Shown here in pieces: positions 46,146-56,640 of a stretch of 64,000 nt of DNA. How positions within the stretch are numbered: the first letter of the stretch is position 1; every line of letters begins with the position of its first letter. The position numbers and the translations under genes are program-made. The stretch comes from a virus: IMG/VR virus record IMGVR_UViG_3300032294_002823. One strand, 5' to 3'. The notes beneath the pieces were generated by a model. The model ran no database searches, was not told the origin of the DNA, and was given only the letters and a program-made list of their open reading frames with translations.

Positions 46146-49102
46146 TAGATAGACGTTTAATTATCAATGAAATACAAAGACAGTTTCCGAAAGATAATGA
46201 TAATAGTATTGAATCATTATTGCGTATTTCACCCACCTTACGTGGATTAATTGAATCAGAAGAAGGCGCCGAAACTTTTACAACAACATTTGGGACATTT
46301 TCTCTTCCCCAATTTCTAACTCCTTCCATTATCAATCAGATTGTTCGTGAAATTGCGGAAGCACGAAATGTTGATGGCACCTCAATTAACAGTGTTAATG
46401 CATTGTCAGCGTTAACTGAAGTTTTGCAGATTGCTCAATCTCAAAATCCATTCACAGTAACACCTGATGACATTTACGCTGCATCACAATATGAAAATTA
46501 TGAAGATATCCCATTACAAGAAAATACATTATTAACGACATTTGATGGTGATGTATTCATTGACCCAACAACAGGAGCATTGGCATTAGCACCCACTCCT
46601 AATTCTCGTATTCTTGCACCAGAAAAAAGTCCCGAAGGACACATTGGACCATTAACTCCCGAAGATGTTGAAATCTTTGCCTTGTTACTCGAAGATGAAA
46701 TTCGTCAAGAACGTGCGGCACAAGGATCACCTCATGGGTTAGATGTCATTGATGAAAATGAAAAAATGGGTTTATATGGATTAACGGTTCCTGATTTAGT
46801 GTCAATTGGTGTCGTGAGTCAGGGAGCCATTGATGATTGGAACTCCATTCCTGAAAATGCACGTGAAGATTATGCCAAACAAGCTGTATTGGCAGGCGTC
46901 ATCTCATTGGCATTTTACAATAACATCCCATATATTCTACGAACATCATTAAGTTGGTATGTCATGGCGAATGCTCGCTTTTGGCTTGAAAGACTTATTG
47001 GTCCTAAAAACTTCATGACGTTACAAAGAATACAGCGTTTGTTAATGTATCGTCATGTATTGCGTCAGTGGAAAACAACGTTTGCATATTTTGTTAAAAA
47101 TCTCATCACCCGCAAATCACAGATATTAGGACATTTATTGGCGGCACGATTAGTGGGTGAACGTGCTGCACGTGCATTTGGATTAGGTGGGCAATTCGCC
47201 TCGGTGATTGGAAGAACAGCAGAAGAAATTTATAATCGAGGTGTGAAAGCAGTAGAAAGTGGTATACGAAATCCTACGTCAGCTGCTCAAATTGACCAAG
47301 CGGCTCGTACAGTACCAACACCACCCACACCTCGTCCAACAACATCTCGCAAGTATAAGTTCTTCCCTAACATCCTGCAGCAAAACACGAATGAACCTTT
47401 ACGCCGAGTCCCAGATAATCAAGGATTCTATGACCCCAATCGTGTATATCCGCGTGTCACACATATAGGTGAACCTGATACAAATCGGTTGGCACGTAAT
47501 CATAAAATTAAGGACACGATTGTACAAACAAAGGATGAAGAACGCATACTTGATGTTCCTGTTGCACGAAAATCATCGCCCACCAAATGGAGTCAACCCA
47601 AGTCCCCATATAACACAAAATATCCTTACAATCATGTGTATGAGTCTGAATCTGGACACGTAATTGAATATGATGACACACCAAACAATGAACGTATGCA
47701 TTGGTATCACCGTGAAGGCACCTTCATGGAAATTGATAGAAATGGTACTATGGTGCGTAAAATTGTGGGTGATGGTTATGAAATATGGGAACGAGATGGG
47801 TATGTGTACATTGGGGGCAAGTGCAATGTAACCGTAGAAGGTAATTGTAATCTGTATGTGAAGAACAATGTGAATCTTCAAGTTGACGGAAATCTTACTG
47901 CCGATGTTCACAAGACAGTGACTTTCAATGTTGCCAAAGATTTCAATGTTACAGCAGGCGGCACAATTAATTTGAAGGCCAAGAAAAATGTCAACGTGGA
48001 GTCAGGTGCCACTATTAATGCCAAGGCGAAAAACAACTTTAATGCGTCAGGCAAAAATGTCAACATCCAAGCTCAGGCAGTAATGAAACTGTCAGGTAAG
48101 TTGAAGGCTTCATTGGCAGCACCACAGGGACAAGCATTATTACTATCAGGTGCGGGTACGGTTGTTGTGAACGGTACAGGATTGGCATTGCTACCATTGC
48201 CAGGTGCCGCTGCAGCAACTTTGGCTAAATCGAATGAAGCATCTACAGCAGGATCTGCTGATATTGGTGATCCTCCAGGTGAACGTAATCCCCGCGAGCC
48301 TCAACTTGTACCTTTGACATTGGAAGATAGAGTTGATGAGTGGGCGTCATCATTGTCTACATTGGCGGAAAATCCTGAAGATAATCGGGACGCCATTAAT
48401 GCCTTGAAGAAGAAAGGCGTTGATGAAGGATTAGTCACAAATGAAGATTTGAATCGCCCATTGGCAGAAGGAACAAGAGATGAAACACCACCTCCGGCAG
48501 CGAGACCGGCGGCAGTTGCCTCATGTCAGCTCATCTATTCACAATCTTCATTCCCAAGTTCATATAGTTTAACTCCGAATGTTACATTAGGATCCCTACC
48601 CGGATATAATGTACTTCGCGGACAATATGGATTAACTGTACAAGACATGGTGTGTAATTTACGTCAATTGGCAGTAAATGTCATAGAACCCATGTTTGAA
48701 TTAGTTGGGAAGGGTAACATCATCATCACCTCGGTGTTTAGAACTCCTGAATCTGTAACTGGATCCTTGAATCCACCCCGAGGCGTATCATTCCATCAAC
48801 AAGGTCTGGGTATTGATGTATGCTTCCATAGAAAAAACTTCTCAGAATACTATAATATTGCTGTACAATTGAAAAACTCCATTCAGTACGATAAACTACT
48901 TCTTGAATATCGTTTAGGAAATGTTCGTGGGGTGTCATCATATAAACCTTGGATTCACATACAATGGCAACAACAGGGTATTAATTTAGCAAATGGGAAC
49001 AAGGGAGGACAGGCTAGATTACAAGCATTTACTCTCAAAAATGATAGAACATATTCTCAGACACTTGTTAACCTATTACCAGACTCCACATTAAGATATT
49101 AA
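46142..49102 (+). CDS. gp5 remainder: lysozyme-like segment, beta-helix spike and C-terminal M15-type peptidase
   Basis: YPYNHVYESESGHVIEYDDTP; V.GN repeats; ITSVFR...SFHQQGLGID...WIHI. Confidence 0.8.
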   Translation: MIDRRLIINEIQRQFPKDNDNSIESLLRISPTLRGLIESEEGAETFTTTFGTFSLPQFLTPSIINQIVREIAEARNVDGTSINSVNALSALTEVLQIAQSQNPFTVTPDDIYAASQYENYEDIPLQENTLLTTFDGDVFIDPTTGALALAPTPNSRILAPEKSPEGHIGPLTPEDVEIFALLLEDEIRQERAAQGSPHGLDVIDENEKMGLYGLTVPDLVSIGVVSQGAIDDWNSIPENAREDYAKQAVLAGVISLAFYNNIPYILRTSLSWYVMANARFWLERLIGPKNFMTLQRIQRLLMYRHVLRQWKTTFAYFVKNLITRKSQILGHLLAARLVGERAARAFGLGGQFASVIGRTAEEIYNRGVKAVESGIRNPTSAAQIDQAARTVPTPPTPRPTTSRKYKFFPNILQQNTNEPLRRVPDNQGFYDPNRVYPRVTHIGEPDTNRLARNHKIKDTIVQTKDEERILDVPVARKSSPTKWSQPKSPYNTKYPYNHVYESESGHVIEYDDTPNNERMHWYHREGTFMEIDRNGTMVRKIVGDGYEIWERDGYVYIGGKCNVTVEGNCNLYVKNNVNLQVDGNLTADVHKTVTFNVAKDFNVTAGGTINLKAKKNVNVESGATINAKAKNNFNASGKNVNIQAQAVMKLSGKLKASLAAPQGQALLLSGAGTVVVNGTGLALLPLPGAAAATLAKSNEASTAGSADIGDPPGERNPREPQLVPLTLEDRVDEWASSLSTLAENPEDNRDAINALKKKGVDEGLVTNEDLNRPLAEGTRDETPPPAARPAAVASCQLIYSQSSFPSSYSLTPNVTLGSLPGYNVLRGQYGLTVQDMVCNLRQLAVNVIEPMFELVGKGNIIITSVFRTPESVTGSLNPPRGVSFHQQGLGIDVCFHRKNFSEYYNIAVQLKNSIQYDKLLLEYRLGNVRGVSSYKPWIHIQWQQQGINLANGNKGGQARLQAFTLKNDRTYSQTLVNLLPDSTLRY

Positions 49103-49121
49103 ATTTAATATAAATAATGTC

Positions 49122-49511
49122 ATGACCATACCTAATAGAATTTACCAAGATTTAGACTTAACATTCAGCGTTACTGCAACAAAAGATGTTGCAAAACGTT
49201 TGGATGTTAATGCTGTCAAACAATCCATAAAAAATCTCTTGTTTATTCGGAAGGGAGAAAAGTTATTTCGTCCTGAAATTGGTTCAGATTTGCAAAGAAT
49301 TTTGTTTGAACCTATGGATTTTTTAACTGTAGACTTACTTCGTGACGTTATTAGTGAAACGATACAGAAATTTGAACCACGTGTTCGCATAGAAAATATT
49401 GAGATTATTCCTGACTATGACACCAATTCATATGATTTAACATTGTATTTTTATGTGATTGGCATCTACACACCTGTTACATTTAATCTAACCTTACAGA
49501 GACTTCGCTAA
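49122..49511 (+). CDS. gp25: Baseplate wedge subunit
   Basis: YQDLDL, AVKQSIKNL, GEKLFRPEIGS, FEPRV. Confidence 0.92.
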   Translation: MTIPNRIYQDLDLTFSVTATKDVAKRLDVNAVKQSIKNLLFIRKGEKLFRPEIGSDLQRILFEPMDFLTVDLLRDVISETIQKFEPRVRIENIEIIPDYDTNSYDLTLYFYVIGIYTPVTFNLTLQRLR

Positions 49512-51382
49512 TGGCCGAACTAAGAGTCACGGAACTAGAATTTCAACAAATCAAAGAGAATTTAATTCGTTATTTAGGTGCATCTGAACAGTTCTCAGAT
49601 TACAATTTCGAAGGTTCAGGTATCAGTAATTTATTGGATGTGTTGGCATATAACACACATTACAATGCCATATTGGCACATCTACAAGCCAATGAAATGT
49701 TTATTGATACGGCTGTCAAGCGTTCATCTGTTGTATCTATTGCAAAAACACTAGGATACACACCCAGAAGTGTTATCTCCCCTAAGGCGAGAGTTAATGT
49801 CACAGTGGCAAGTGCTCAGGCAGGACCTTTATCACTACCTGCAAATACAAAATTTTCAGCATCAGTTGATGGGCAAAGTTTTACATTCGTATCATTAGTT
49901 GAGCATATTGCAACAAAAGTTGCCGGATCATTCACATTTAGTAATGTTGATATTGTTGAAGGTGTTGTCATCTCACAACAACAAACAGTCACATCTGACA
50001 TTGTGACAGGTCCCATCACTATTAAAAATAGTAACATTGATTTGTCCACATTGGCCGTCACTGTTCAAAATAGTCAAGCAGATTTAACAACAACAGCATG
50101 GAAACGTTCAGAAACCGTTATTGATATTACAAGTAGTGATACAGTCTATTGGGTGGAAGAAGGTCAAGATGGATATTATAAGTTGTTTTTTGGTGACAAC
50201 ATCATAGGTAAAAGTTTGACATCAGGAAATATTGTTAACATTCAATATGTGGCATCGTTGGGTGATAGTGCAAATGGTGCACAAACCTTCTCAATTCAAA
50301 CAACACTAGGCGGCGGATCTCCAATCACAACGTTAGTGCATGCTGCATCAGGCGGTTCTGACAGAGAAAACATTGATAGTATTCGTTTTAACGCACCTCG
50401 ATATAATGCCACACGCGGTAGAGCTGTTACTGTTGAAGATTACAAGTCATTAATTTTAGCAAACTTTGATAAAGCAAAATCTGTTGCCGTTTGGGGTGGT
50501 GAACAAAATGTTCCTCCCATTTATGGCAAAGTATTCATGTCAATTGATCCTAAAGAAGATTACATCATCACTGAATCTGACAAAGACAACATCATCAACA
50601 GTGTAATTCGTCCTCGTAGTGTATTGTCACTACAGCATGAATTTGTTGATCCTACATATCTTCATGTTGGCATGGATGTGAAAGTTTCGTATAATCCTAA
50701 AATTACACCATACACATCCAATCAAATTTCAAGTTTAGTTGCAGGGGAAATTCGTCGCTACTTTTCTAATGAATTGTCAACATTGGATAAGAAATTCTAT
50801 TATGGTCAATTGATTAATAGAATACAAACTTCACAGCGTTCCATCTTAGGAACACTGGTAGATTTACGTTTGCAACGTAGACTTGTTCCCATTTTAAATG
50901 TCCCTGAATCATTGAATGTGTATTTCACAACAGCCATTGAACCCAACTCGTTTAAGAGTACAAATTTCAAGACCACAATCCAAGGTGTTCAATACACCGC
51001 CTATATTCAAGATTATCCAGATGAAACTCCGCCTTCACGTACAGGAACGGGCACGTTAAAACTTCTGGATGCATCAACCAATAGAATCATTGATAACAAC
51101 TACGGTAAAATTTACTATAGTGATTCAGGATTATTTGTTATCAACCGTTTATTGGTTACACAATTAATTGCAGGTGCATTTGATGTCCGTTTTTCTGCGT
51201 TACCGCAAGATTTAAATAAAGATTTAGCACCCACCATTGTAAGAACTACTCCTGTTGTGGAACGTGCTGTTTATCCCTATCCTTCACAAAACATTGTGGT
51301 TGTGTTAGATGATAGTCAACAAAATAAAGCCCTAGGAACATTGTCTGGTTTAACCGTTACAGCACAACCATTTGAAGGATAA
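49511..51382 (+). CDS. gp6: Baseplate wedge subunit
   Basis: DYNFEGS, LAYNTHY, RAVTVEDY, WGGE. Confidence 0.93.
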   Translation: MAELRVTELEFQQIKENLIRYLGASEQFSDYNFEGSGISNLLDVLAYNTHYNAILAHLQANEMFIDTAVKRSSVVSIAKTLGYTPRSVISPKARVNVTVASAQAGPLSLPANTKFSASVDGQSFTFVSLVEHIATKVAGSFTFSNVDIVEGVVISQQQTVTSDIVTGPITIKNSNIDLSTLAVTVQNSQADLTTTAWKRSETVIDITSSDTVYWVEEGQDGYYKLFFGDNIIGKSLTSGNIVNIQYVASLGDSANGAQTFSIQTTLGGGSPITTLVHAASGGSDRENIDSIRFNAPRYNATRGRAVTVEDYKSLILANFDKAKSVAVWGGEQNVPPIYGKVFMSIDPKEDYIITESDKDNIINSVIRPRSVLSLQHEFVDPTYLHVGMDVKVSYNPKITPYTSNQISSLVAGEIRRYFSNELSTLDKKFYYGQLINRIQTSQRSILGTLVDLRLQRRLVPILNVPESLNVYFTTAIEPNSFKSTNFKTTIQGVQYTAYIQDYPDETPPSRTGTGTLKLLDASTNRIIDNNYGKIYYSDSGLFVINRLLVTQLIAGAFDVRFSALPQDLNKDLAPTIVRTTPVVERAVYPYPSQNIVVVLDDSQQNKALGTLSGLTVTAQPFEG

Positions 51383-53982
51383 TGTCAAACTTAAAGAACA
51401 AGTTACAGCATTTAGTTGAAGGACAGATACCTGAATATCTTCGCGTATCATATCCTAGATTTGCTTCGTTCATTAAAGAGTACTATACATTTCTTGACAC
51501 CAATCGTCAAGCCAATGCAGTACTTCTTAATTCTAACACTTGGACAGACGTTGATTTAACACTAGATTTATTTGTGGATGAAATGCGTAAGCAACATGCT
51601 TATGATATTTCCTCAGAAGCCTTAACTGAACAGCGTCGTTTAATTAAGTTTATCAATCAATATTACGAAGCAAAGGGAACAGAAAACGCTGCGGAATTGT
51701 ATTTCCGTATGATGTATAATGATACCGCAACTATTAAATATCCCGGTGATTATGTTCTACGTGCTTCTGATGGCGTTTGGCAGTCGAAAAAAACACTGAA
51801 GATTGATACTGATTTCACACAAATTGATCCTGCCTCATTAGATTTAGCGCCCGCTGATTTACGTGAAGTCGCTGATGATGTATTTTCTCTGAAAGAAAAA
51901 ACAATATATTTAAAGTATCATCGTCGTGAACCTACCGGATTGAAACTATACTCACATGAATTGGGGTGTGTTGAGGTTGGTCGTATCATTACAAACAATG
52001 ATATTTTTGAACTAGAAGTTGACGTTCCTAAAACCATCAACGTAAAAGATTTCAATGAAGCTTTAGCAACCTTATCATATTATGATACGGTATGGGTTAC
52101 AGCATTTGTTAATGGTGTTGAATATGTGTATGGTTTTTTGACACAGCAACTTATAGGATACACCATTCTTTCCGGCGGTGAAAATTTCCGCCGCCGTGAT
52201 ACCTTCACAGTAGAAGTGGAAGAAAGTCCGTTATATCCTATCCCAGGACAAGAAAATAACAATGGCATCATTCGTGTAACAAGTGTAACCAAAAAAGATG
52301 TTGAAGAATATTTTGCGTCTGATTATGTTTCAATAGGTTCAGAGTATGCTGCCAGTGATACTGAAGGTGTCATTAATAACTTTCGTTTCATTTCTACCGG
52401 ACATCGCTTTGATGTCACGGGTGATTACTTTGCAGAATTATATAATGAAGATGACGATTACACAACATATAAAGATTTCACCCGCGTATTAGAAAATCCC
52501 AGAAAAAGTAGATTCTCTACATTAGTAACAGGTGATTATTTTGAAGAACGCGAAGGTGTTACATCATACATGGAATTCAATGATGACCGAGGTTATACTG
52601 ATTTCAATGAAACAATATATAATCTCAGTTCTGCCACAGTACGATTCGAAGTAGGATACATTTACGAACATCCCGGTGCATGGAAAAATAATGCTGGCTT
52701 CTTGTCAGATATCAATAAATTACAAGACAACTATTATTATCAGGCATATTCCTATGTGGTACAAACTAAAAATGTACCATATGAAACTTGGAACACCTTA
52801 TATAAAAATAGTGCCCATCCTGCAGGGTTCATTGTGTTTGGTGAATTACTTGTTGAAAATGACATTACATTTACACCGATAGATATTACAAGTACACAAT
52901 ACATCATTAGTAATTTTGATGATGGCATTCAACCAGTTGATACAGTTGCAAAACATGTCGCAAAACCGGTCACTGATACTTTCTCTGTAAGTGAAAATTC
53001 CATATACAATTTCAATAAGTCGTTGACTGATACGGCGGTTGTAGATGACGTATCAGGATTGGAGTTAAATATTCAACCAGTCTTTAGTGATATTGTAGTA
53101 TCGTCTGATATCCTTGCGAAAGACATTAACATTGCCAATATTACTGATGGTGTTGTTACCTCAGAAACATTCTTTGCAGAAATTACTATTGAACGTTCAT
53201 TGGAAGATACAATAATTACTAGTGATACAGTATCCACAAAGAATGTTAGTAAATTAGTGGAAGACAATACCTCTAGCAGTGATATTCTTTCATACTCTCT
53301 CACGAAAACAAATATAACTGACTCAGTTAATACCTTAGATTCGGTTGAAAAAAATATCAGTATACAAATTGATGGTAATACGTATAATATAGAAAATTTC
53401 TTTGAAGAAGAATATGTAAGTGATAACGTGGTTACTGTGTCGGATGAGTTTTTACTTACCCGTACATATTTCTATACCGATACAGTTACAGTAGATGATA
53501 CACCTTCTGTAAATTTACAACTTAATAAAACAGAAGATGTTGAGACAACTGATACTGTGGATACTATTTTCATCGAAAAAAATATTGCCGATTCTGTTAT
53601 TGTCAGTGATATAAAAAATATTGTCTTTTCACAAGAAGATGATGTAACAAGTGATTTGACTGAACAAGTGTCTATAACTGATAGCATAGAAATTTTCAGA
53701 GCATATTCTACAGATGAAACGGTAAATATCAATGACTCAAATGTTCTTCTTGTTGGAAAAAATGTTTCAGATAGTGTATCTTCATCAGAAACTATAAACA
53801 CGTTTGATGTCGATAAAAACATTATTGATACTGTGTTAACAGGTGAAATTGTAATTCGTGATTTCGAAAAGTTTTTCAATAACACAACATCATTGTCTGA
53901 TTTGATTTGTATCGCCCTAGACGATTATATTGCAACAGGGTATGTTGATATAGGATATGCAGGATCGGTCAACTGTACTTAA
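51382..53982 (+). CDS. gp7: Baseplate wedge initiator (gp7-like) with acidic repeat C-terminus
   Basis: QIPEY, YEAKGT, LQDNYYYQAYSY, HPAG. Confidence 0.75.
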   Translation: MSNLKNKLQHLVEGQIPEYLRVSYPRFASFIKEYYTFLDTNRQANAVLLNSNTWTDVDLTLDLFVDEMRKQHAYDISSEALTEQRRLIKFINQYYEAKGTENAAELYFRMMYNDTATIKYPGDYVLRASDGVWQSKKTLKIDTDFTQIDPASLDLAPADLREVADDVFSLKEKTIYLKYHRREPTGLKLYSHELGCVEVGRIITNNDIFELEVDVPKTINVKDFNEALATLSYYDTVWVTAFVNGVEYVYGFLTQQLIGYTILSGGENFRRRDTFTVEVEESPLYPIPGQENNNGIIRVTSVTKKDVEEYFASDYVSIGSEYAASDTEGVINNFRFISTGHRFDVTGDYFAELYNEDDDYTTYKDFTRVLENPRKSRFSTLVTGDYFEEREGVTSYMEFNDDRGYTDFNETIYNLSSATVRFEVGYIYEHPGAWKNNAGFLSDINKLQDNYYYQAYSYVVQTKNVPYETWNTLYKNSAHPAGFIVFGELLVENDITFTPIDITSTQYIISNFDDGIQPVDTVAKHVAKPVTDTFSVSENSIYNFNKSLTDTAVVDDVSGLELNIQPVFSDIVVSSDILAKDINIANITDGVVTSETFFAEITIERSLEDTIITSDTVSTKNVSKLVEDNTSSSDILSYSLTKTNITDSVNTLDSVEKNISIQIDGNTYNIENFFEEEYVSDNVVTVSDEFLLTRTYFYTDTVTVDDTPSVNLQLNKTEDVETTDTVDTIFIEKNIADSVIVSDIKNIVFSQEDDVTSDLTEQVSITDSIEIFRAYSTDETVNINDSNVLLVGKNVSDSVSSSETINTFDVDKNIIDTVLTGEIVIRDFEKFFNNTTSLSDLICIALDDYIATGYVDIGYAGSVNCT

Positions 53983-54028
53983 AGTAGTATAAATACTAAT
54001 AACAACTTTTACTTTTTAGGAGAAAGAA

Positions 54029-54475
54029 ATGCAAGAAAACATCAAGGCAACAGGTAAGTTGAACATTGTTCTTCGTGATGAAAATGGTAACATCAAAGAA
54101 GAACACACCCACGACAACTTAGTTGTAACAACAGGTTTACAACACATTGCATCCCGTATGGCAGGCACATCACAAGGCGTCATGTCACACATGGAAGTGG
54201 GCACAAACAACACCGCAGCATCCGCAGGACAAACAGGTCTTTTAGGCGGAGGCCTAACTGATGGTCGTCAAGGTCTTGACTCATACACAGCCTCAGGTGC
54301 AACTGTAACTGCCGTTGCAAGTTTTGCTGCAGGTGAAGGCACAGGCGCATTGACAGAAGCAGGCATCTTCAATGCTAGCTCATCAGGCACTATGTTGTGC
54401 CGTACAGTGTTCCCAGTGGTTAACAAGGGATCATCTGATAGTATGTCAATCACTTGGACCATCACCATCTCATAA
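54029..54475 (+). CDS. Virion structural protein (fibre/baseplate associated)
   Basis: Late promoter 53988, AGGAG SD; NLVVTTG, TEAGIFNA, ITWTI. Confidence 0.7.
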   Translation: MQENIKATGKLNIVLRDENGNIKEEHTHDNLVVTTGLQHIASRMAGTSQGVMSHMEVGTNNTAASAGQTGLLGGGLTDGRQGLDSYTASGATVTAVASFAAGEGTGALTEAGIFNASSSGTMLCRTVFPVVNKGSSDSMSITWTITIS

Positions 54476-54492
54476 TTCAGTAAGTAAACAAT

Positions 54493-56634
54493 ATGGCTAA
54501 CCTGATTCCTGCTCAAACCAGGCACGAAATTGCTCGGTCAATTTATCGTGATATCATTACAGGACATGACTTTTTCTATGTTTTCGCAGGAAAATCATTT
54601 GAAGAAGCCGATACTCCTGTAGATACTCGACACTACATTTCCGACGTACATAGAAATATGTTGTTGGCAAAACGTGTCGTACCTGGTCCTTATGATGTGG
54701 TTTATATGATTCGTCGTAAGGATTGGGAATCAGGAACCATATATGTTGAATATAGTGATTACGAAGAATTGGCATATGATGACGACGGTGTTTTTGTTGT
54801 AGAAGATTTTTATGTCATGACTGACGAATATAATATTTACAAGTGTATTCGTGTCGGAAGAAATAGTCAAGGTGTTGCCATTGCCTCAACTATAAAACCA
54901 ACATCAACAACTCCTGAGCCTGTTGTATTAAGTGATGGGTATTGTTGGAAGTTCATGTATGAAGTTCCTGTCATTGATAGAATTAAATTTCTTACAACAG
55001 ATTATATTCCTGTACGAAATGTATCAGACGGTGTTAATTTCAATGTGAATGGTGTTATTGAAGAAGTTCGTATTGAAAATCCAGGTGAAGGCTACAATAC
55101 GCCATACCTAGTAATCAAGGGTGACGGATTAGTACCTACAACCATTACATTTAATGGTAGTGCAGCTGTAGATTCTGCAAACGATACCATTGAATATCCT
55201 GGACATAATTTTGCAACAGGTGATGCCGTAACATATAATACAGGTGGCGGAACTGCCATCGGCAATCTAACAAATAATACTGTTTATTATACTATATTTT
55301 ATACCAACAATAAAATTCGTTTAGCAGCATCATTAGTTGATGCTGAAAATGGCGCATATATCAATATTGCGTCAGGTGTAGGATTGTCACACTCATTAAC
55401 TCCCGTAGGTACAACATCAAACGTGACAATTGACGGTTCAGGAAGTATAACTTCTGTTACTGTCACAAACTCAATGCGCGGATATACACATGCCCGTGCA
55501 ATCATGTATGATGCTAAAACCACACCCGCTGATTATAGTCCATCAATTTCTGGCTCAGAAAATTACTCAGGAACCATCACCACTGATTCTACAACGCGAT
55601 TGGTGTTGGGCACAGATACAGATTTCACAAATGAATTGGAAGATGGGTGGACCATTGTAGATTCAGCGAACAATGTGGTTGGTGTTGTATCTAATATCAT
55701 CTCTTCCACTGAATTGGAATTGGTCACATTCCCAGAAGTTGAACTTGCCAACTCAACATATAGTGCATTTTCGGGTAATGGATTTCAAGGTATAGTTGTT
55801 TTAGGCGCTGAAACAGCAAGTGGTATCAATCAAGATGTGGTACTTGAAACAATTCATGGGGCCATTTATAAAGTTGATATCCTTGACGGTGGCGCTGGAT
55901 ATGATACAGCAACCGTTGAAGTTATTGGTGATGGTACGGGAGCAGAATTATACATTGATCCCGATGATGATATTGTAAATGGTGTAATCAAGAATGTTCA
56001 AATTTTAGATTACGGACAAAATTACAATTATGCTCGCATTGTAATTAATGGATTGCCCACTGAAGTGGCATCTGTGCGAGCAAACGTAGGTCCTCAACGA
56101 GGGCATGGATTCAACATCGCCCAAGAATTGTTTGCTCATACATTGTGTATTAGTACAACAATCACCACAGAAAATGCCGATTTATTCCAAGGTAATGATT
56201 ATCGTCAACTCGGAATCGTAAAGAATCTCAAGTTGTATAATGCAACACAAGATGTTGATATTGGGTATTTTCAAAAGGATACAGGAACAAGTTCTTTCAT
56301 CGTCACCGTTCCTGAAGATGAATATAATGAATATTCCATTGACGATGAAATTGAGTCATCAACAGGTGGTATATATAAAGTATTAACAAAGTTGTTTGAT
56401 GCATCAACAGAAACGTATAAGGTCTATCTGTCATATATCGAAGGAACAGAAGGACTCACAACAGAAAATACGTTCACGAACAACACAACAGAATTTGAAA
56501 ACTTGACCTGTACAAATGTGGAAGACCCTGAATTTGATAAAAATACAGGCACCATCATTTACGTGAACGATTTCTCTCCCATCACACGTACAGCAGAACA
56601 GATTGAAACTATTAAACTCTTTTTACACTTCTAG
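54493..56634 (+). CDS. gp8: Baseplate wedge subunit (gp8-like, extended)
   Basis: RKDWESG, FYVMTDEYNIYKCI, DGYCWKFMY, YRQLGIVKN. Confidence 0.8.
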   Translation: MANLIPAQTRHEIARSIYRDIITGHDFFYVFAGKSFEEADTPVDTRHYISDVHRNMLLAKRVVPGPYDVVYMIRRKDWESGTIYVEYSDYEELAYDDDGVFVVEDFYVMTDEYNIYKCIRVGRNSQGVAIASTIKPTSTTPEPVVLSDGYCWKFMYEVPVIDRIKFLTTDYIPVRNVSDGVNFNVNGVIEEVRIENPGEGYNTPYLVIKGDGLVPTTITFNGSAAVDSANDTIEYPGHNFATGDAVTYNTGGGTAIGNLTNNTVYYTIFYTNNKIRLAASLVDAENGAYINIASGVGLSHSLTPVGTTSNVTIDGSGSITSVTVTNSMRGYTHARAIMYDAKTTPADYSPSISGSENYSGTITTDSTTRLVLGTDTDFTNELEDGWTIVDSANNVVGVVSNIISSTELELVTFPEVELANSTYSAFSGNGFQGIVVLGAETASGINQDVVLETIHGAIYKVDILDGGAGYDTATVEVIGDGTGAELYIDPDDDIVNGVIKNVQILDYGQNYNYARIVINGLPTEVASVRANVGPQRGHGFNIAQELFAHTLCISTTITTENADLFQGNDYRQLGIVKNLKLYNATQDVDIGYFQKDTGTSSFIVTVPEDEYNEYSIDDEIESSTGGIYKVLTKLFDASTETYKVYLSYIEGTEGLTTENTFTNNTTEFENLTCTNVEDPEFDKNTGTIIYVNDFSPITRTAEQIETIKLFLHF

Positions 56635-56640
56635 GTACAT

